Virus record (IMG/VR): IMGVR_UViG_3300005617_000117 | Coordinates: 1-64,000 of that record | Origin: a virus | DNA length: 64,000 nt | Strand: one strand, 5' to 3' | Program-made: the position numbers and the translations under genes | Shown: positions 7,982 to 17,074 of the stretch, piece by piece | How positions within the stretch are numbered: position 1 is the stretch's first letter | Layout: each line of letters starts with the position of its first letter | The notes under the pieces: generated by a model | Seen by the model: the letters and a program-made list of their open reading frames with translations, nothing else | Databases searched by the model: none | Told to the model about the DNA's origin: nothing

Positions 7982-10339
7982 ATGGTTAAAAAGACAAGAG
8001 GCGATATTAAGTTAGAAGCCATGCTGAGCCGATCAGCCAGTCCCGACACTATGTCACAGTCTACCGTGCGGGCCAATCAAAACAGGGCCATCGCTTATAC
8101 TGGCGGCAACGGCTTTTTAGGCGACAGCATTGAGCGTCGCTTCGATAATGGCGGCAATGGCACATTAAATAACCCGAGTGCATATGAAAGTGCCTACGGG
8201 ATTTACGGTAGTACCAGCACTGGTCCCTACGGTCGCCCAGGTGGCCTTTATAGTTCTGGTTTTAAATACCTTAAGAGATTTGCTGGTAACGCCAGTTTCA
8301 TTCATCAAATCATTGCATCCTGCGTTCTTTGCTATATCGGCGAAGGAGTAGTTCGTAGAGTTCTCGATCTTTATGCAGACTTCGTTTGCGAGAATTTCAT
8401 TATTCAGCATCCAGATAAGTCTGTTCGTAATTTCTATACCGCATGGGCTAAGAAGACAAAACTGAAGCTTCGACTTCGAACGTTCTTCTTGACGTTGTTC
8501 ACAACGGGTAACGTTTTTATTTATCGTCATTGGGCATCCCTAAAACCAGAGGACATCAAGGCTTTAAAGAGACTTGAGGCCAAGCTTATAGGAGAACAGT
8601 TATACGTCCAAGATAAGGAAGAAGACCGACAGGTGATTGCCGGTAAACCCGAAAAAACAAAGTGGCTCGATAATTTTATTGCTGCTAAAAAAGCCATTGC
8701 CCTACAAGATCCAAATACTCCAGAAATGAAGGATAGTGAACCGGCATCAAATGACGACATGATTCCGTGGGGATATACTGCTCTTAATCCATTGCAGATG
8801 GAATTGAGAGGCAAAAGATTTAAGGGTGAAAGTTATTGGGCCATTGCTCTTGATAAGAGCGAAGTCAGTGAACTTGCCAATCAATTCGGCATGACTGGTA
8901 ACAATAGCGACATTAGTTTTACGCGAATTAATCTGCCGTCTGAATTCAAGTCAAAAATTGCCAAATACCAGGGCACTGGTGTCGGTTATTCTGCCGAGAT
9001 TACTCTAGACTCACAGGATCTCAGCGTTGTACAAGATTACAAATTTGACTGGTTTGACTGGTCAATTCCCTTTGTTTATCCGGCTATTACGCCACTATAT
9101 TTCAAACAGTGTCTCCGAAAGATGGAGGCTCGTGCGTGCGAGAGCGTAATCAATTCTATATTCCTATTTAAGCTTGGAAATCTAGAAAAGGGAATGCCTG
9201 CGGAAGATGAGCATTTCGAACGTCTTGCTGACATGCTCCAGCAACCCGGTCAAGTCCAAAACATTCTTTGGAATGAAGCGATCAGTGCCGAAGTAATCCA
9301 GCCTGATATCAATCAAATTTTCGATGCCAAGAAGCATGTTTCTGCTGACCGAGATATCATGATGGCTCTTGGTATTCCAGAAGTCATGCTCGGTGGAGCG
9401 GGTGGTTCATACACAAACTCGTTCGTTGCTCTACAAACGGTTTTGGAAAGACTTGAATCTGCTCGTGATCTATTTGAAGACTGGATGCTTTCCGAAATGG
9501 CAATCATTGCCAAAGTAATGAAGTTCCGTCGTCTCCCAACTATTAAATGGGATAACAGTAGCTTGCAGGACGAGAGTGCCATTCGCACTTTATATATGAA
9601 CTTATTCGATCGTGGCATTATCTCACGCGATACGCTGTTACGCGAATTCGATACAGACTTCGATACTGAACTTGGCAAGCAAGAAGAGGAGACAGAAGTT
9701 GTGCCTCTTGATTCTGATTCTAATGACAAAGTAATGAAGAAGCGTGGCCCTTATATTAAAGACGCTCCTCCGGCTCCAACATTGTCGGGCGGAGGTGCTG
9801 CACCAAAGACGCCTAATGGTCGTCCCGGTGGATCAAAAGAAGCTTTGCCGCGTGGCAAGCAATCTAAGCCTCGCAGCCCTGTAGGCCAGAGCAAAGCCCT
9901 ATTAGACGACTATGATGATCTCTTGGGCGTTGGTAAAGATATGTTGGATTCTATCGAAAATAGAATAAGTGATAAACTATTAAGAACTAAGGGATTGAAA
10001 TACGTTAAACAGCTAGAGGCTGCTGATCGTGAACGTCTTGAAGGTCTAATACATAATGTATTTAGTCATTTACCCAGTAGTAAGCCAGAGAAATTTGATA
10101 CAGAAGATTATTTGGTACAATTACTAGAGTCAGATGGTAATGCTCGTATTAAAGCAAATGTATTATCAATCTATGCTGATAAGATAGCACGTTATGAAGA
10201 TAAGTTTGGTAAACAGCCATCTAGGGAGCATAGAAGACAGTTTATTATTAGTGCCTGGACTCAGTGTGCCATCAACGAGCGGGCTGCCTCGGTTAATAAT
10301 CAGATTAGTGTATTAAATGAGGGAGACTCTGATGATTAA
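7982..10339 (+). CDS. portal protein with C-terminal extension
   Basis: Follows TerL. Portal-like segments VVRRVLDLYADF, LFTTGNVFIY, IMMALGIPEVMLGG and LFDRGIISRDT. RBS gtgaggt before ATG 7982. Confidence 0.85.
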   Translation: MVKKTRGDIKLEAMLSRSASPDTMSQSTVRANQNRAIAYTGGNGFLGDSIERRFDNGGNGTLNNPSAYESAYGIYGSTSTGPYGRPGGLYSSGFKYLKRFAGNASFIHQIIASCVLCYIGEGVVRRVLDLYADFVCENFIIQHPDKSVRNFYTAWAKKTKLKLRLRTFFLTLFTTGNVFIYRHWASLKPEDIKALKRLEAKLIGEQLYVQDKEEDRQVIAGKPEKTKWLDNFIAAKKAIALQDPNTPEMKDSEPASNDDMIPWGYTALNPLQMELRGKRFKGESYWAIALDKSEVSELANQFGMTGNNSDISFTRINLPSEFKSKIAKYQGTGVGYSAEITLDSQDLSVVQDYKFDWFDWSIPFVYPAITPLYFKQCLRKMEARACESVINSIFLFKLGNLEKGMPAEDEHFERLADMLQQPGQVQNILWNEAISAEVIQPDINQIFDAKKHVSADRDIMMALGIPEVMLGGAGGSYTNSFVALQTVLERLESARDLFEDWMLSEMAIIAKVMKFRRLPTIKWDNSSLQDESAIRTLYMNLFDRGIISRDTLLREFDTDFDTELGKQEEETEVVPLDSDSNDKVMKKRGPYIKDAPPAPTLSGGGAAPKTPNGRPGGSKEALPRGKQSKPRSPVGQSKALLDDYDDLLGVGKDMLDSIENRISDKLLRTKGLKYVKQLEAADRERLEGLIHNVFSHLPSSKPEKFDTEDYLVQLLESDGNARIKANVLSIYADKIARYEDKFGKQPSREHRRQFIISAWTQCAINERAASVNNQISVLNEGDSDD
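10306..10314 (+). promoter_or_regulatory. putative late promoter TAGTGTATT
   Basis: Repeated motif, followed by RBS gggaga and ATG 10332. Confidence 0.65.
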
Positions 10340-11084
10340 ATATGAAAATGGCCAGTATTGTGTTTATTCACATGATGGTTCTAAGAAAATGGGATGTTAT
10401 GCCTCCGAGGGTGAGGCTCAAAAACGATTAAAACAAATCGAATACTTTAAAAACGTAAAGTCAAGCGAGGGAATTAACATGGGAATTGATCGTGAGGCTC
10501 TAGCAAACAAGGCAATCTTAATGGTTGCTGCAAAAATTAATCCAAAGGCCGAAGTTCGTAATCGTGGGAATGTAGTGTTTCCTGCGGCCTCAAAAAAGGT
10601 CAAGGATAAGAAGGATCATTTCCCAATCAACAACGAGAATCAGGCGAGAAACGCTTTAGCTCGTGTTGCTCAGTACAGTTCTGTGCCGCCTTGGTATGAA
10701 GGCTCTCTTGAAGAGCTACAGAAGGCCGTTCAGAGTGCTGTAAAGGGCAAGTACCCAGGGATTGAAGTTAGTAAGTCAAAGGGCGATGTATCAGTCAAGG
10801 CTCCGCCTGACAATCCTACAAAAGTCCCGGGCATTGAGCGACCAAAGCTAGATGGTTCCAATGACGCCGCGAAAGTCTATGCAGTTCTTGCAGAGCTAAC
10901 TCCAGATCAGCACAAGGCGTTTGCGTCTGCTCTAGTCAAACAACTTCAGATGCAACAGAGCCAATTAAGCGAGGCCATTACGTTGGCCGAAAAGCTTTTG
11001 GACGAGGGGATTACCCAGGAAGAATTCGCAGCATTGTCAAACTGGACACAGTATGACGTTCTTGTGCAACTTATGGGTAGCTAA
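10332..11084 (+). CDS. head-module protein with small N-terminal domain and DUF6582-like domain
   Basis: GQYCVYS...GCY..EAQKRLKQIEYFK module. HFPINNENQARNALARVAQ...KYPGIEV resembles DUF6582. Confidence 0.6.
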   Translation: MIKYENGQYCVYSHDGSKKMGCYASEGEAQKRLKQIEYFKNVKSSEGINMGIDREALANKAILMVAAKINPKAEVRNRGNVVFPAASKKVKDKKDHFPINNENQARNALARVAQYSSVPPWYEGSLEELQKAVQSAVKGKYPGIEVSKSKGDVSVKAPPDNPTKVPGIERPKLDGSNDAAKVYAVLAELTPDQHKAFASALVKQLQMQQSQLSEAITLAEKLLDEGITQEEFAALSNWTQYDVLVQLMGS

Positions 11085-11093
11085 GGAGGCTTA

Positions 11094-11375
11094 ATGTCTG
11101 CTTTACTTCTAAGCGGTTTTAAGAACAACATCAATATTATCGCCATTCGTGCGAGTGCGAGAACTCAGGTATACACAGATCGTGCCATCGACTTAAATGG
11201 CGACGGTATTAAAGAAGCTATTACTTCTGTGGGCGTACCAACTGGCACTGGTATTAAAGTGCAACAGACTGTCACGGTCAATCAAGGTGCCGCGAGAACA
11301 ATCGTTGAGGGATCGGATGCAGAATCCGTTAATACTCAAGACGGCGACACTTACTACACGTTGAGTAATCACTAA
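11094..11375 (+). CDS. small putative virion protein (paralog of 31814..31999)
   Basis: RBS taaggagg. The N-terminal 30 aa align without gaps to the 61-aa protein at 31814. Confidence 0.7.
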   Translation: MSALLLSGFKNNINIIAIRASARTQVYTDRAIDLNGDGIKEAITSVGVPTGTGIKVQQTVTVNQGAARTIVEGSDAESVNTQDGDTYYTLSNH

Positions 11376-11851
11376 TGGAAACTCGTAAAGAAAAAGAAGA
11401 GAAGGCACTACACGACGTATTTAAAAGTGCGGCTGACCGAATTAAAGAGCCCGGGTTTTATAACAAGGGCACTCGTAGTCCGAGCCAGTTTTGGCCTCGT
11501 ACATCTGATTCCGCCGAGCCCGGTGACGAACATAGCCATATCGTAAAGCCACAAGGAAAAGAATGGACGTATGTGCCTGTGACAGAAGAAGATAAGGCTA
11601 TTTATGATGGCCTTCATATTCATACACAGAGCAATCCTACTGGTATGCACACTCACTTAAAAGGTGGCAAGTCTGGCGGGGCTCACACTCATAGCCCACA
11701 GAATCCTCTCGGTGGCCACACTCATAAAGATATTGATGTCAAGGATCGCACGAATCCCCAGGGATTCTCAATCGATGGACATCACTATCACGACTACAAT
11801 GAGAATAAGCCGGGCGGACAACACACGCATCACCCCGAAAACTTCGCTTAA
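11375..11851 (+). CDS. His-rich GxHxH-repeat protein (probable metal binder)
   Basis: GLHIH, GMHTH, GAHTH, GGHTH, GHHYH and GQHTH repeats. Confidence 0.75.
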   Translation: METRKEKEEKALHDVFKSAADRIKEPGFYNKGTRSPSQFWPRTSDSAEPGDEHSHIVKPQGKEWTYVPVTEEDKAIYDGLHIHTQSNPTGMHTHLKGGKSGGAHTHSPQNPLGGHTHKDIDVKDRTNPQGFSIDGHHYHDYNENKPGGQHTHHPENFA

Positions 11852-11891
11852 TAATTCAACTTTTAGTTTATTTTGATGGTTGAGATTTAAT

Positions 11892-13697
11892 ATGAATAAA
11901 CCGTTCAAGACGTATGTAACTGCTAAAGCAGAGTTGGTTGATAAAGGTTCTGACCAATTTAAAGCTATGGCAGCGACAATTCAAGAAAAGTACGGCTTTG
12001 AGCTAAAGGCTCAAATTGACTTACAGTACGTACGCTCTTGTCTTGTTACAAGCGGTATGAACGGGAATGACGATATATTTCTACGCGACGAAATGTGGAA
12101 TGCCCGTCATTCACCAGTAATGAAGCCTGCCAACTGGCAACACAAGGATAAGGACATTATTGGGGTTGTTTATAGTGTTGAAGCCCGGGATCTTGATGGA
12201 AACGTGCTCGATTTAAATCAGGAAGAACCGCCTGATGTACCGTATGAATACTGGACTGAGGCAGTCGTATTTAAGTTAATCCATCGTGATCGTGCCAACG
12301 AGATTGAGGAAAGAGCCGCAAAAGGCACTTTATTCGTCTCAATGGAAGCGTGGTTCGATGATTATGGCTACGGATTCATTAAAGATAATGAACCTACCAA
12401 GATAATCGCCCGCAACGACCAGACATCCTTCCTAGATACTCATTTAAGAGCAAACGGTGGGTCTGGTAAGTATGATAATGTTAAAATCGGTAGGGCTCTA
12501 AAAGGTATTACTTTCGGTGGATACGGATTTGTTGACGTACCTGCTAATAAGCGATCTGTGATAGATAGTGTAATATCCAACATTGAGCCTGCGGTTTCTA
12601 GCGAAACTAACGCCGACTTAGATAAGTTAATACAAAGTTTGTTCAAAGAAGAACAGGAGATTGATATGACAAAGACGGTAGCACAGGACGCGGGTACGGG
12701 TGATTCACCTGTAAATGTAGATCCTAACGCGATTGCAAAGGCTGTTGCCGATGCGATCGAAGCCCGCGAAGCGGCCAAGGCCGCTGCCGATGCCGAAGCA
12801 AAGGCAAAAGCACAGGCCGCAGAATCAGCAAAGACTGCTGCCGCGAATGCCGAAAAGGTCGTAACGCTTGATGGTGCCGTAAAGGCCGCAGAAGGCAAGA
12901 CGACTGCTGCTCTTGAACTTGTCAAGACACGCGATGCGGCTCTAAATGAAGTTGTCAAGGCACTAGCTGGTGCAACGTCAGATACGCCTCCTGAGATTGC
13001 TGCGATTGACGCGGCGAATGCTCAGAATTCAGGCGAAGCAGATTTCCAGGCCAAGATTGCTTGGATCAAGAACTCAGTAGCTAGCAAGGTTGCTCCTGCG
13101 ATGGCAGAACTAACCGATCTTAAGAAGAAGCTATCTGCTGCTGCTGCAACTCTCCGCGAACAAGAAGTTCGTGATCTTCTAAAGGACGTTCTTTCAGAAG
13201 CAGAGGTTGCCACAATGGTAACTGTTGCATCCAAGAAGGATGACGCTGCTTATGCTGAATGGTTCGCAGAGAAAGAACTATTCGTTGAGCGAATCAAGGG
13301 TGCCAAGGCTCCTCCTGCAAAGAAGGATGAAAAGGCTGCCGACAAGAAAGAGGATGTTAAGGAAGATTGCTCAATGGCTGCTGTTATCAACGAACTTGTT
13401 AAGGTTCGTAAGAGTGCGAACGCTGACGTAAACTCTGGCGTTCAGGCTGGCCCTCTAAAGAATCCGCGATTCAAGATTGCCGGTTCTGAGGAATCCGTTG
13501 AGGATGTCCTTGATGGTGCCAAGAAGGAAGAGAAGATCGATCTCACCGCTGCAAAGGGTGGGAACGATGATGAAAAAGAAAATGGTTTCCGCACACTAGC
13601 TGCGGCGATCGTAAACAATGACAAGAAGGCAAATCCACGGCCCGGCAAAGCCAAGGCTGGTTTTGATCCTGTAGACAACGAAAGTAAGGGAGAATAA
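11892..13697 (+). CDS. prohead maturation protease fused to scaffold domain
   Basis: Protease-like motifs NGNDDIF, KPANWQH, IIG, VSME and F.G.G.V..PA in the N-terminal half. Ala/Lys/Glu-rich coiled-coil C-terminal half. Lies between portal and capsid genes. Confidence 0.8.
   Translation: MNKPFKTYVTAKAELVDKGSDQFKAMAATIQEKYGFELKAQIDLQYVRSCLVTSGMNGNDDIFLRDEMWNARHSPVMKPANWQHKDKDIIGVVYSVEARDLDGNVLDLNQEEPPDVPYEYWTEAVVFKLIHRDRANEIEERAAKGTLFVSMEAWFDDYGYGFIKDNEPTKIIARNDQTSFLDTHLRANGGSGKYDNVKIGRALKGITFGGYGFVDVPANKRSVIDSVISNIEPAVSSETNADLDKLIQSLFKEEQEIDMTKTVAQDAGTGDSPVNVDPNAIAKAVADAIEAREAAKAAADAEAKAKAQAAESAKTAAANAEKVVTLDGAVKAAEGKTTAALELVKTRDAALNEVVKALAGATSDTPPEIAAIDAANAQNSGEADFQAKIAWIKNSVASKVAPAMAELTDLKKKLSAAAATLREQEVRDLLKDVLSEAEVATMVTVASKKDDAAYAEWFAEKELFVERIKGAKAPPAKKDEKAADKKEDVKEDCSMAAVINELVKVRKSANADVNSGVQAGPLKNPRFKIAGSEESVEDVLDGAKKEEKIDLTAAKGGNDDEKENGFRTLAAAIVNNDKKANPRPGKAKAGFDPVDNESKGE
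12566..12574 (+). promoter_or_regulatory. putative internal late promoter TAGTGTAAT
   Basis: Motif copy about 90 nt upstream of an internal in-frame RBS and ATG at 12666. Confidence 0.45.
12666..13697 (+). CDS. nested in-frame scaffolding protein (internal start)
   Basis: caggaga-ttgat-ATG in frame with the protease (MTKTVAQD...), at the protease/coiled-coil boundary. Confidence 0.55.
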   Translation: MTKTVAQDAGTGDSPVNVDPNAIAKAVADAIEAREAAKAAADAEAKAKAQAAESAKTAAANAEKVVTLDGAVKAAEGKTTAALELVKTRDAALNEVVKALAGATSDTPPEIAAIDAANAQNSGEADFQAKIAWIKNSVASKVAPAMAELTDLKKKLSAAAATLREQEVRDLLKDVLSEAEVATMVTVASKKDDAAYAEWFAEKELFVERIKGAKAPPAKKDEKAADKKEDVKEDCSMAAVINELVKVRKSANADVNSGVQAGPLKNPRFKIAGSEESVEDVLDGAKKEEKIDLTAAKGGNDDEKENGFRTLAAAIVNNDKKANPRPGKAKAGFDPVDNESKGE

Positions 13698-13699
13698 CG

Positions 13700-14182
13700 A
13701 TGGGTCTATTACCTGCAAGACAAGTATTTGATACGAACGTTGATCTCACCGTATCCGGTGTAGCTGAACGTGGTGGTATTCTCTCATTCGTTCCGGGCGT
13801 AAACGGCCTTGGTGCGTATGCGAATGCGACTGCGGTTTCAGGGGCTCTAGTGCAGCCTGCTGGTCTGCTTCTAGATGACGTTGAAGCCATCAACAACATG
13901 AATCAGCCTGAATACCGTCAGCGTAACGTAGTTCCACAGGGCTCAGTAGTCGGCATTGCGACCGAAGGTGAGTTCTGGACGGACTTCGTAGAGCAGACGC
14001 TAGCTGGTCAGTCTGTTGGAACTTATGTTCCTGGCGATCCGCTATACATGGCAGACGATGGCAAGCTAAGCCGTAACAACGGAACTCTAGCGAATGCCGC
14101 GACCGCAAAGCGACAGCTTGTCGGCCGTGCATTGAGTGCCCTCGGATCTGACGGCTATCTACACGTAAGAATCGAACTATAA
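13700..14182 (+). CDS. capsid decoration/cement protein
   Basis: 160 aa, immediately upstream of the capsid gene, beta-rich with decoration-like G.L.DV and PGDPLY..DDGKLS patterns. RBS aagggag. Confidence 0.75.
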   Translation: MGLLPARQVFDTNVDLTVSGVAERGGILSFVPGVNGLGAYANATAVSGALVQPAGLLLDDVEAINNMNQPEYRQRNVVPQGSVVGIATEGEFWTDFVEQTLAGQSVGTYVPGDPLYMADDGKLSRNNGTLANAATAKRQLVGRALSALGSDGYLHVRIEL

Positions 14183-14209
14183 TACTAGTTCGCTAACAAG
14201 GAGATTAGA

Positions 14210-15241
14210 ATGAAAAAGTATGATCCTGCTGCTGTTGCAGCCCTTAAGCTAACTGCCGCTCCTAATGCGTCAGAACGCGAACAAGCTCAGAAGGCTTTTG
14301 CCGCTGAACTTAACTGGCCTCTACGCCAGGGTGTTTTCGATCGTGACAACACGGGCGAAATTTATGAGCGTCAGGTTCTACAGCCCGGTGCTCAGGCCAA
14401 CTATCCTCTAGACTTCGTACGTCCTGGCGAAGAGGATAACTACATGGCGTTCACCATGCCCAAGCAGGGTAAGGTGCCTGAACGTCACGTTGAAGGCGAC
14501 GAGCTATGGGTTCCTACATTCCGAATTGCCAATTCAATCGATTGGGACATTCGGTATGCGGAAGAGGCTCGTTTCGACGTAATCATGCGAGCGATCCGGG
14601 TCTATGAAGCCGGTTTCGTCCGCAAGATCAACTCCGACGCATGGCGAACGATTCTCGCGGCGGCGGATGGTCGTGGCTTGATTGTCACTGCTAACGGCAG
14701 TGCTCCATTCACTGGCTCAAGCGTAGCTGTAACGGCTGCTGCGGGTCAGTTCACCAAGGAACTAATCAGCCGAATGAAGACGGCGATGGTTCGTGGTGCG
14801 GGTGGCAACGGCAACTCTGGTCGTCTAACTGACGTTTATCTCTCACTCGAAGCGATGGAAGACATCCGTGCGTGGGACGTAGACGAAATCGATGAGTTCA
14901 CTCGTCGTGAAATCTTCGTCAACCGTGAGTACGGACTAGCATCAATCTATGGTGTTATCCTCCACGAAATGACGGAGTTCGGTGAGGGCCAGGAATATGA
15001 AGTATTCCTATCCAGCACGCTTGGCCGTGCCCACCAGACACAGGCTTCTGCTCTATGCAAGGAGTTCTGCGTAGGACTCGATCTATCAACCAACGACTCA
15101 TTCGTAATGCCTATCCGTAAGGAACTAGAAACATACGAAGATCCTACTCTCTATCGTCAACAGAGAGCCGGAATCTACGGCTGGATGGAGCACGGTTTCG
15201 CCGTACTCGACGCTCGTAGAGTGATCCTTGGAGAGTTCTAA
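14210..15241 (+). CDS. major capsid protein (HK97 fold)
   Basis: 343 aa after the decoration gene, strong RBS aaggaga, strongly biased codons, capsid-like C-terminus GIYGWMEHGFAVLDARRVILG, terminator downstream. Confidence 0.88.
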   Translation: MKKYDPAAVAALKLTAAPNASEREQAQKAFAAELNWPLRQGVFDRDNTGEIYERQVLQPGAQANYPLDFVRPGEEDNYMAFTMPKQGKVPERHVEGDELWVPTFRIANSIDWDIRYAEEARFDVIMRAIRVYEAGFVRKINSDAWRTILAAADGRGLIVTANGSAPFTGSSVAVTAAAGQFTKELISRMKTAMVRGAGGNGNSGRLTDVYLSLEAMEDIRAWDVDEIDEFTRREIFVNREYGLASIYGVILHEMTEFGEGQEYEVFLSSTLGRAHQTQASALCKEFCVGLDLSTNDSFVMPIRKELETYEDPTLYRQQRAGIYGWMEHGFAVLDARRVILGEF

Positions 15242-15273
15242 TCTCTGAAAAGTTAGTCTTAGTTTTGTAATCT

Positions 15274-15307
15274 TGGGGGCGGGGCATGATAGCCTCGCCC
15301 CCATTTT
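15274..15307 (+). terminator. intrinsic terminator after major capsid gene
   Basis: GC-rich stem gggggcggggc-atgata-gcctcgccccc followed by atttt. Confidence 0.85.
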
Positions 15308-15324
15308 GCTTCAGGAGTATCAAC

Positions 15325-15519
15325 ATGGAAACAGTAACAACGGGGACAACTGGAACAACACCTCCTCCTCACAAGTTAACGACTACGTTAACCGACCCTG
15401 CGACGGGCGACGTTTATGTGCTCGAAACTATTCAGGGCGAAGGAGAAACTTTGACAGAGTTTATTACTCGTCACAGAGCGGCAGTATCTGCATTACGTAG
15501 AATTTTGAAGGGATCATAA
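15325..15519 (+). CDS. small Thr/Pro-rich protein (tandem paralog 1)
   Basis: RBS caggag before ATG 15325. METVTTGTTGTTPPP...ETLTEFITRHRAAVSALRRILK. Confidence 0.7.
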   Translation: METVTTGTTGTTPPPHKLTTTLTDPATGDVYVLETIQGEGETLTEFITRHRAAVSALRRILKGS

Positions 15520-15529
15520 GGAGTATATC

Positions 15530-15745
15530 ATGGCTACAGCACCAGGGACACCAAGTCCAACCGACACAGCGGCACCAGCGGCGGCGAGCGGGCAAACACT
15601 CTCAACGAGTTGCCCCGACCCTAAGAATCCGGGATCTCCGTGGGTCATTACGACAACTCGTCTACCTAAAGAGACGTTAGTTGCTTGGTTTAAGAGACAT
15701 CAGGCTGCGGTAACTGCGGTAAATCGTTTCCTTAAAGATGTCTAA
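15530..15745 (+). CDS. small Thr/Pro-rich protein (tandem paralog 2)
   Basis: RBS taaggag. ...ETLVAWFKRHQAAVTAVNRFLK matches the upstream gene. Confidence 0.7.
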   Translation: MATAPGTPSPTDTAAPAAASGQTLSTSCPDPKNPGSPWVITTTRLPKETLVAWFKRHQAAVTAVNRFLKDV

Positions 15746-16181
15746 ACTAACTGTATACACCGATGGCTCTTGCCGGTGCGATACCGGCAAGGGCGGTTGG
15801 GGAGCAGTTATTATTTTAGAGGACGGCACAATTCACAAGTTATCGGGTTCAGAACCGCGAACAACAAACAATCGGATGGAACTACTAGCAGCAATTAAAG
15901 CTTTAGAGTTTATTGCCGAAAAATTTGATACTAAAAATAATATTACATTCTATACAGATTCTACTTATCTTTCTCGTGGCATGACTGAATGGACCAAGGG
16001 ATGGAAGAAAAGACAGTGGAAAATGAAGAATGGAAAAGCCATGAAAAATCAGGATTTATGGCTGCAACTTGATACTTTGGCTTGTTGCCAAAAAGCTAAA
16101 TGGAAATGGATTAAGGCACATAACGGGAATAAGTACAACGAAATGGCGGACGGTCTAGCTCAAGAGGCTTCTTTGCCATAG
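15738..16181 (+). CDS. rnhA: ribonuclease HI
   Basis: YTDGSC...GGWG, TTNNRMELLA, YTDSTY, KNQDLW and WIKAHNGNKYNEMADGLA. Full catalytic set present. Confidence 0.95.
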   Translation: MSKLTVYTDGSCRCDTGKGGWGAVIILEDGTIHKLSGSEPRTTNNRMELLAAIKALEFIAEKFDTKNNITFYTDSTYLSRGMTEWTKGWKKRQWKMKNGKAMKNQDLWLQLDTLACCQKAKWKWIKAHNGNKYNEMADGLAQEASLP

Positions 16182-16187
16182 TGTATT
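16179..16187 (+). promoter_or_regulatory. putative late promoter TAGTGTATT (neck operon)
   Basis: Repeated motif overlapping the rnhA TAG stop, followed by gggaga RBS and ATG 16206. Confidence 0.65.
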
Positions 16188-16205
16188 ATTTCCTGGGAGA
16201 AACGC

Positions 16206-17072
16206 ATGGCCAAAGTATTAACTGTAGGTGGCGACTTAAATCAACTGGATATATTTTTAAGTGCTAATGGCGTTCCTGTTGCTGCCAGCGGTATTTCGTT
16301 TAATGTCTATGACGCCAATAATGTCTTAGCTGTCTCGGGCGTCCCAACTAATCCAGAAACAGGAAAATACCTAGGAAGTGGTGTTGTTCCAGACGGTTTC
16401 GTTCTTGGAAGTTGGCATATTGACTGGCTTATCATTCCTACGGGCTCTGCCCAAATTACGGCCTCCGAGGATTTTGATGTTCAAGCTTTATCAGTCAGTT
16501 TTGGCTTCACGCCACCCGGCTCAATTACTTTTAATATTTATGACGCCGTTCGTATCGATGTCGGTGATCCAGACGCATTAATTTTCAATGACGAATATTT
16601 ACAGCGTGTTCTTATTAAAGCAGTCAGACGCCTCAATCAAGCCTTGGGACTAGCGGTCAAAATGCATGGCCCAACAGGAGTTGAAGGGGAATACGGTGGT
16701 CGCCGAATTCGCGTATATCCATTAACCGTAGACGTTGAGGCCGGTACGATCAGTCCAAATGATGACGAATACGCGGACCTTATTATTCTACAAATGGAAT
16801 ACATTATTAAGACCAGTGAAATATCCGCTCTTAAGCGTTTGAATGCATCCCTGGCATCATCTGTGTTTCAAGGATCTGTTGGTAGTGCTCAAAGTGATGG
16901 CGTATCAGTTACGAATGCGGACGGCGTACAAGTAAGCGTTAGCGTCGGTCGATTCCAGACGAGAGCATCGCTTTATCGATTGGATGTTGAGTTGCTTCGA
17001 GACGAATTGAATGCGGCAATCAAACGATTCTTAGGCAGACTGTCGGGCAACTTCGGAAAGATGATTTATTAA
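16206..17072 (+). CDS. head-tail adaptor/neck protein with N-terminal Ig-like domain
   Basis: AVRIDVGDPD...FNDEYL is adaptor-like. Beta-rich N-terminus. Position after the capsid genes. Confidence 0.6.
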   Translation: MAKVLTVGGDLNQLDIFLSANGVPVAASGISFNVYDANNVLAVSGVPTNPETGKYLGSGVVPDGFVLGSWHIDWLIIPTGSAQITASEDFDVQALSVSFGFTPPGSITFNIYDAVRIDVGDPDALIFNDEYLQRVLIKAVRRLNQALGLAVKMHGPTGVEGEYGGRRIRVYPLTVDVEAGTISPNDDEYADLIILQMEYIIKTSEISALKRLNASLASSVFQGSVGSAQSDGVSVTNADGVQVSVSVGRFQTRASLYRLDVELLRDELNAAIKRFLGRLSGNFGKMIY

Positions 17073-17074
17073 AC

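Noticed and set aside
15273-15500. 75-aa ORF and the 15286 start for the downstream small gene
   Set aside because: Both starts lie in or beside the capsid terminator hairpin. The RBS-supported start is ATG 15325.
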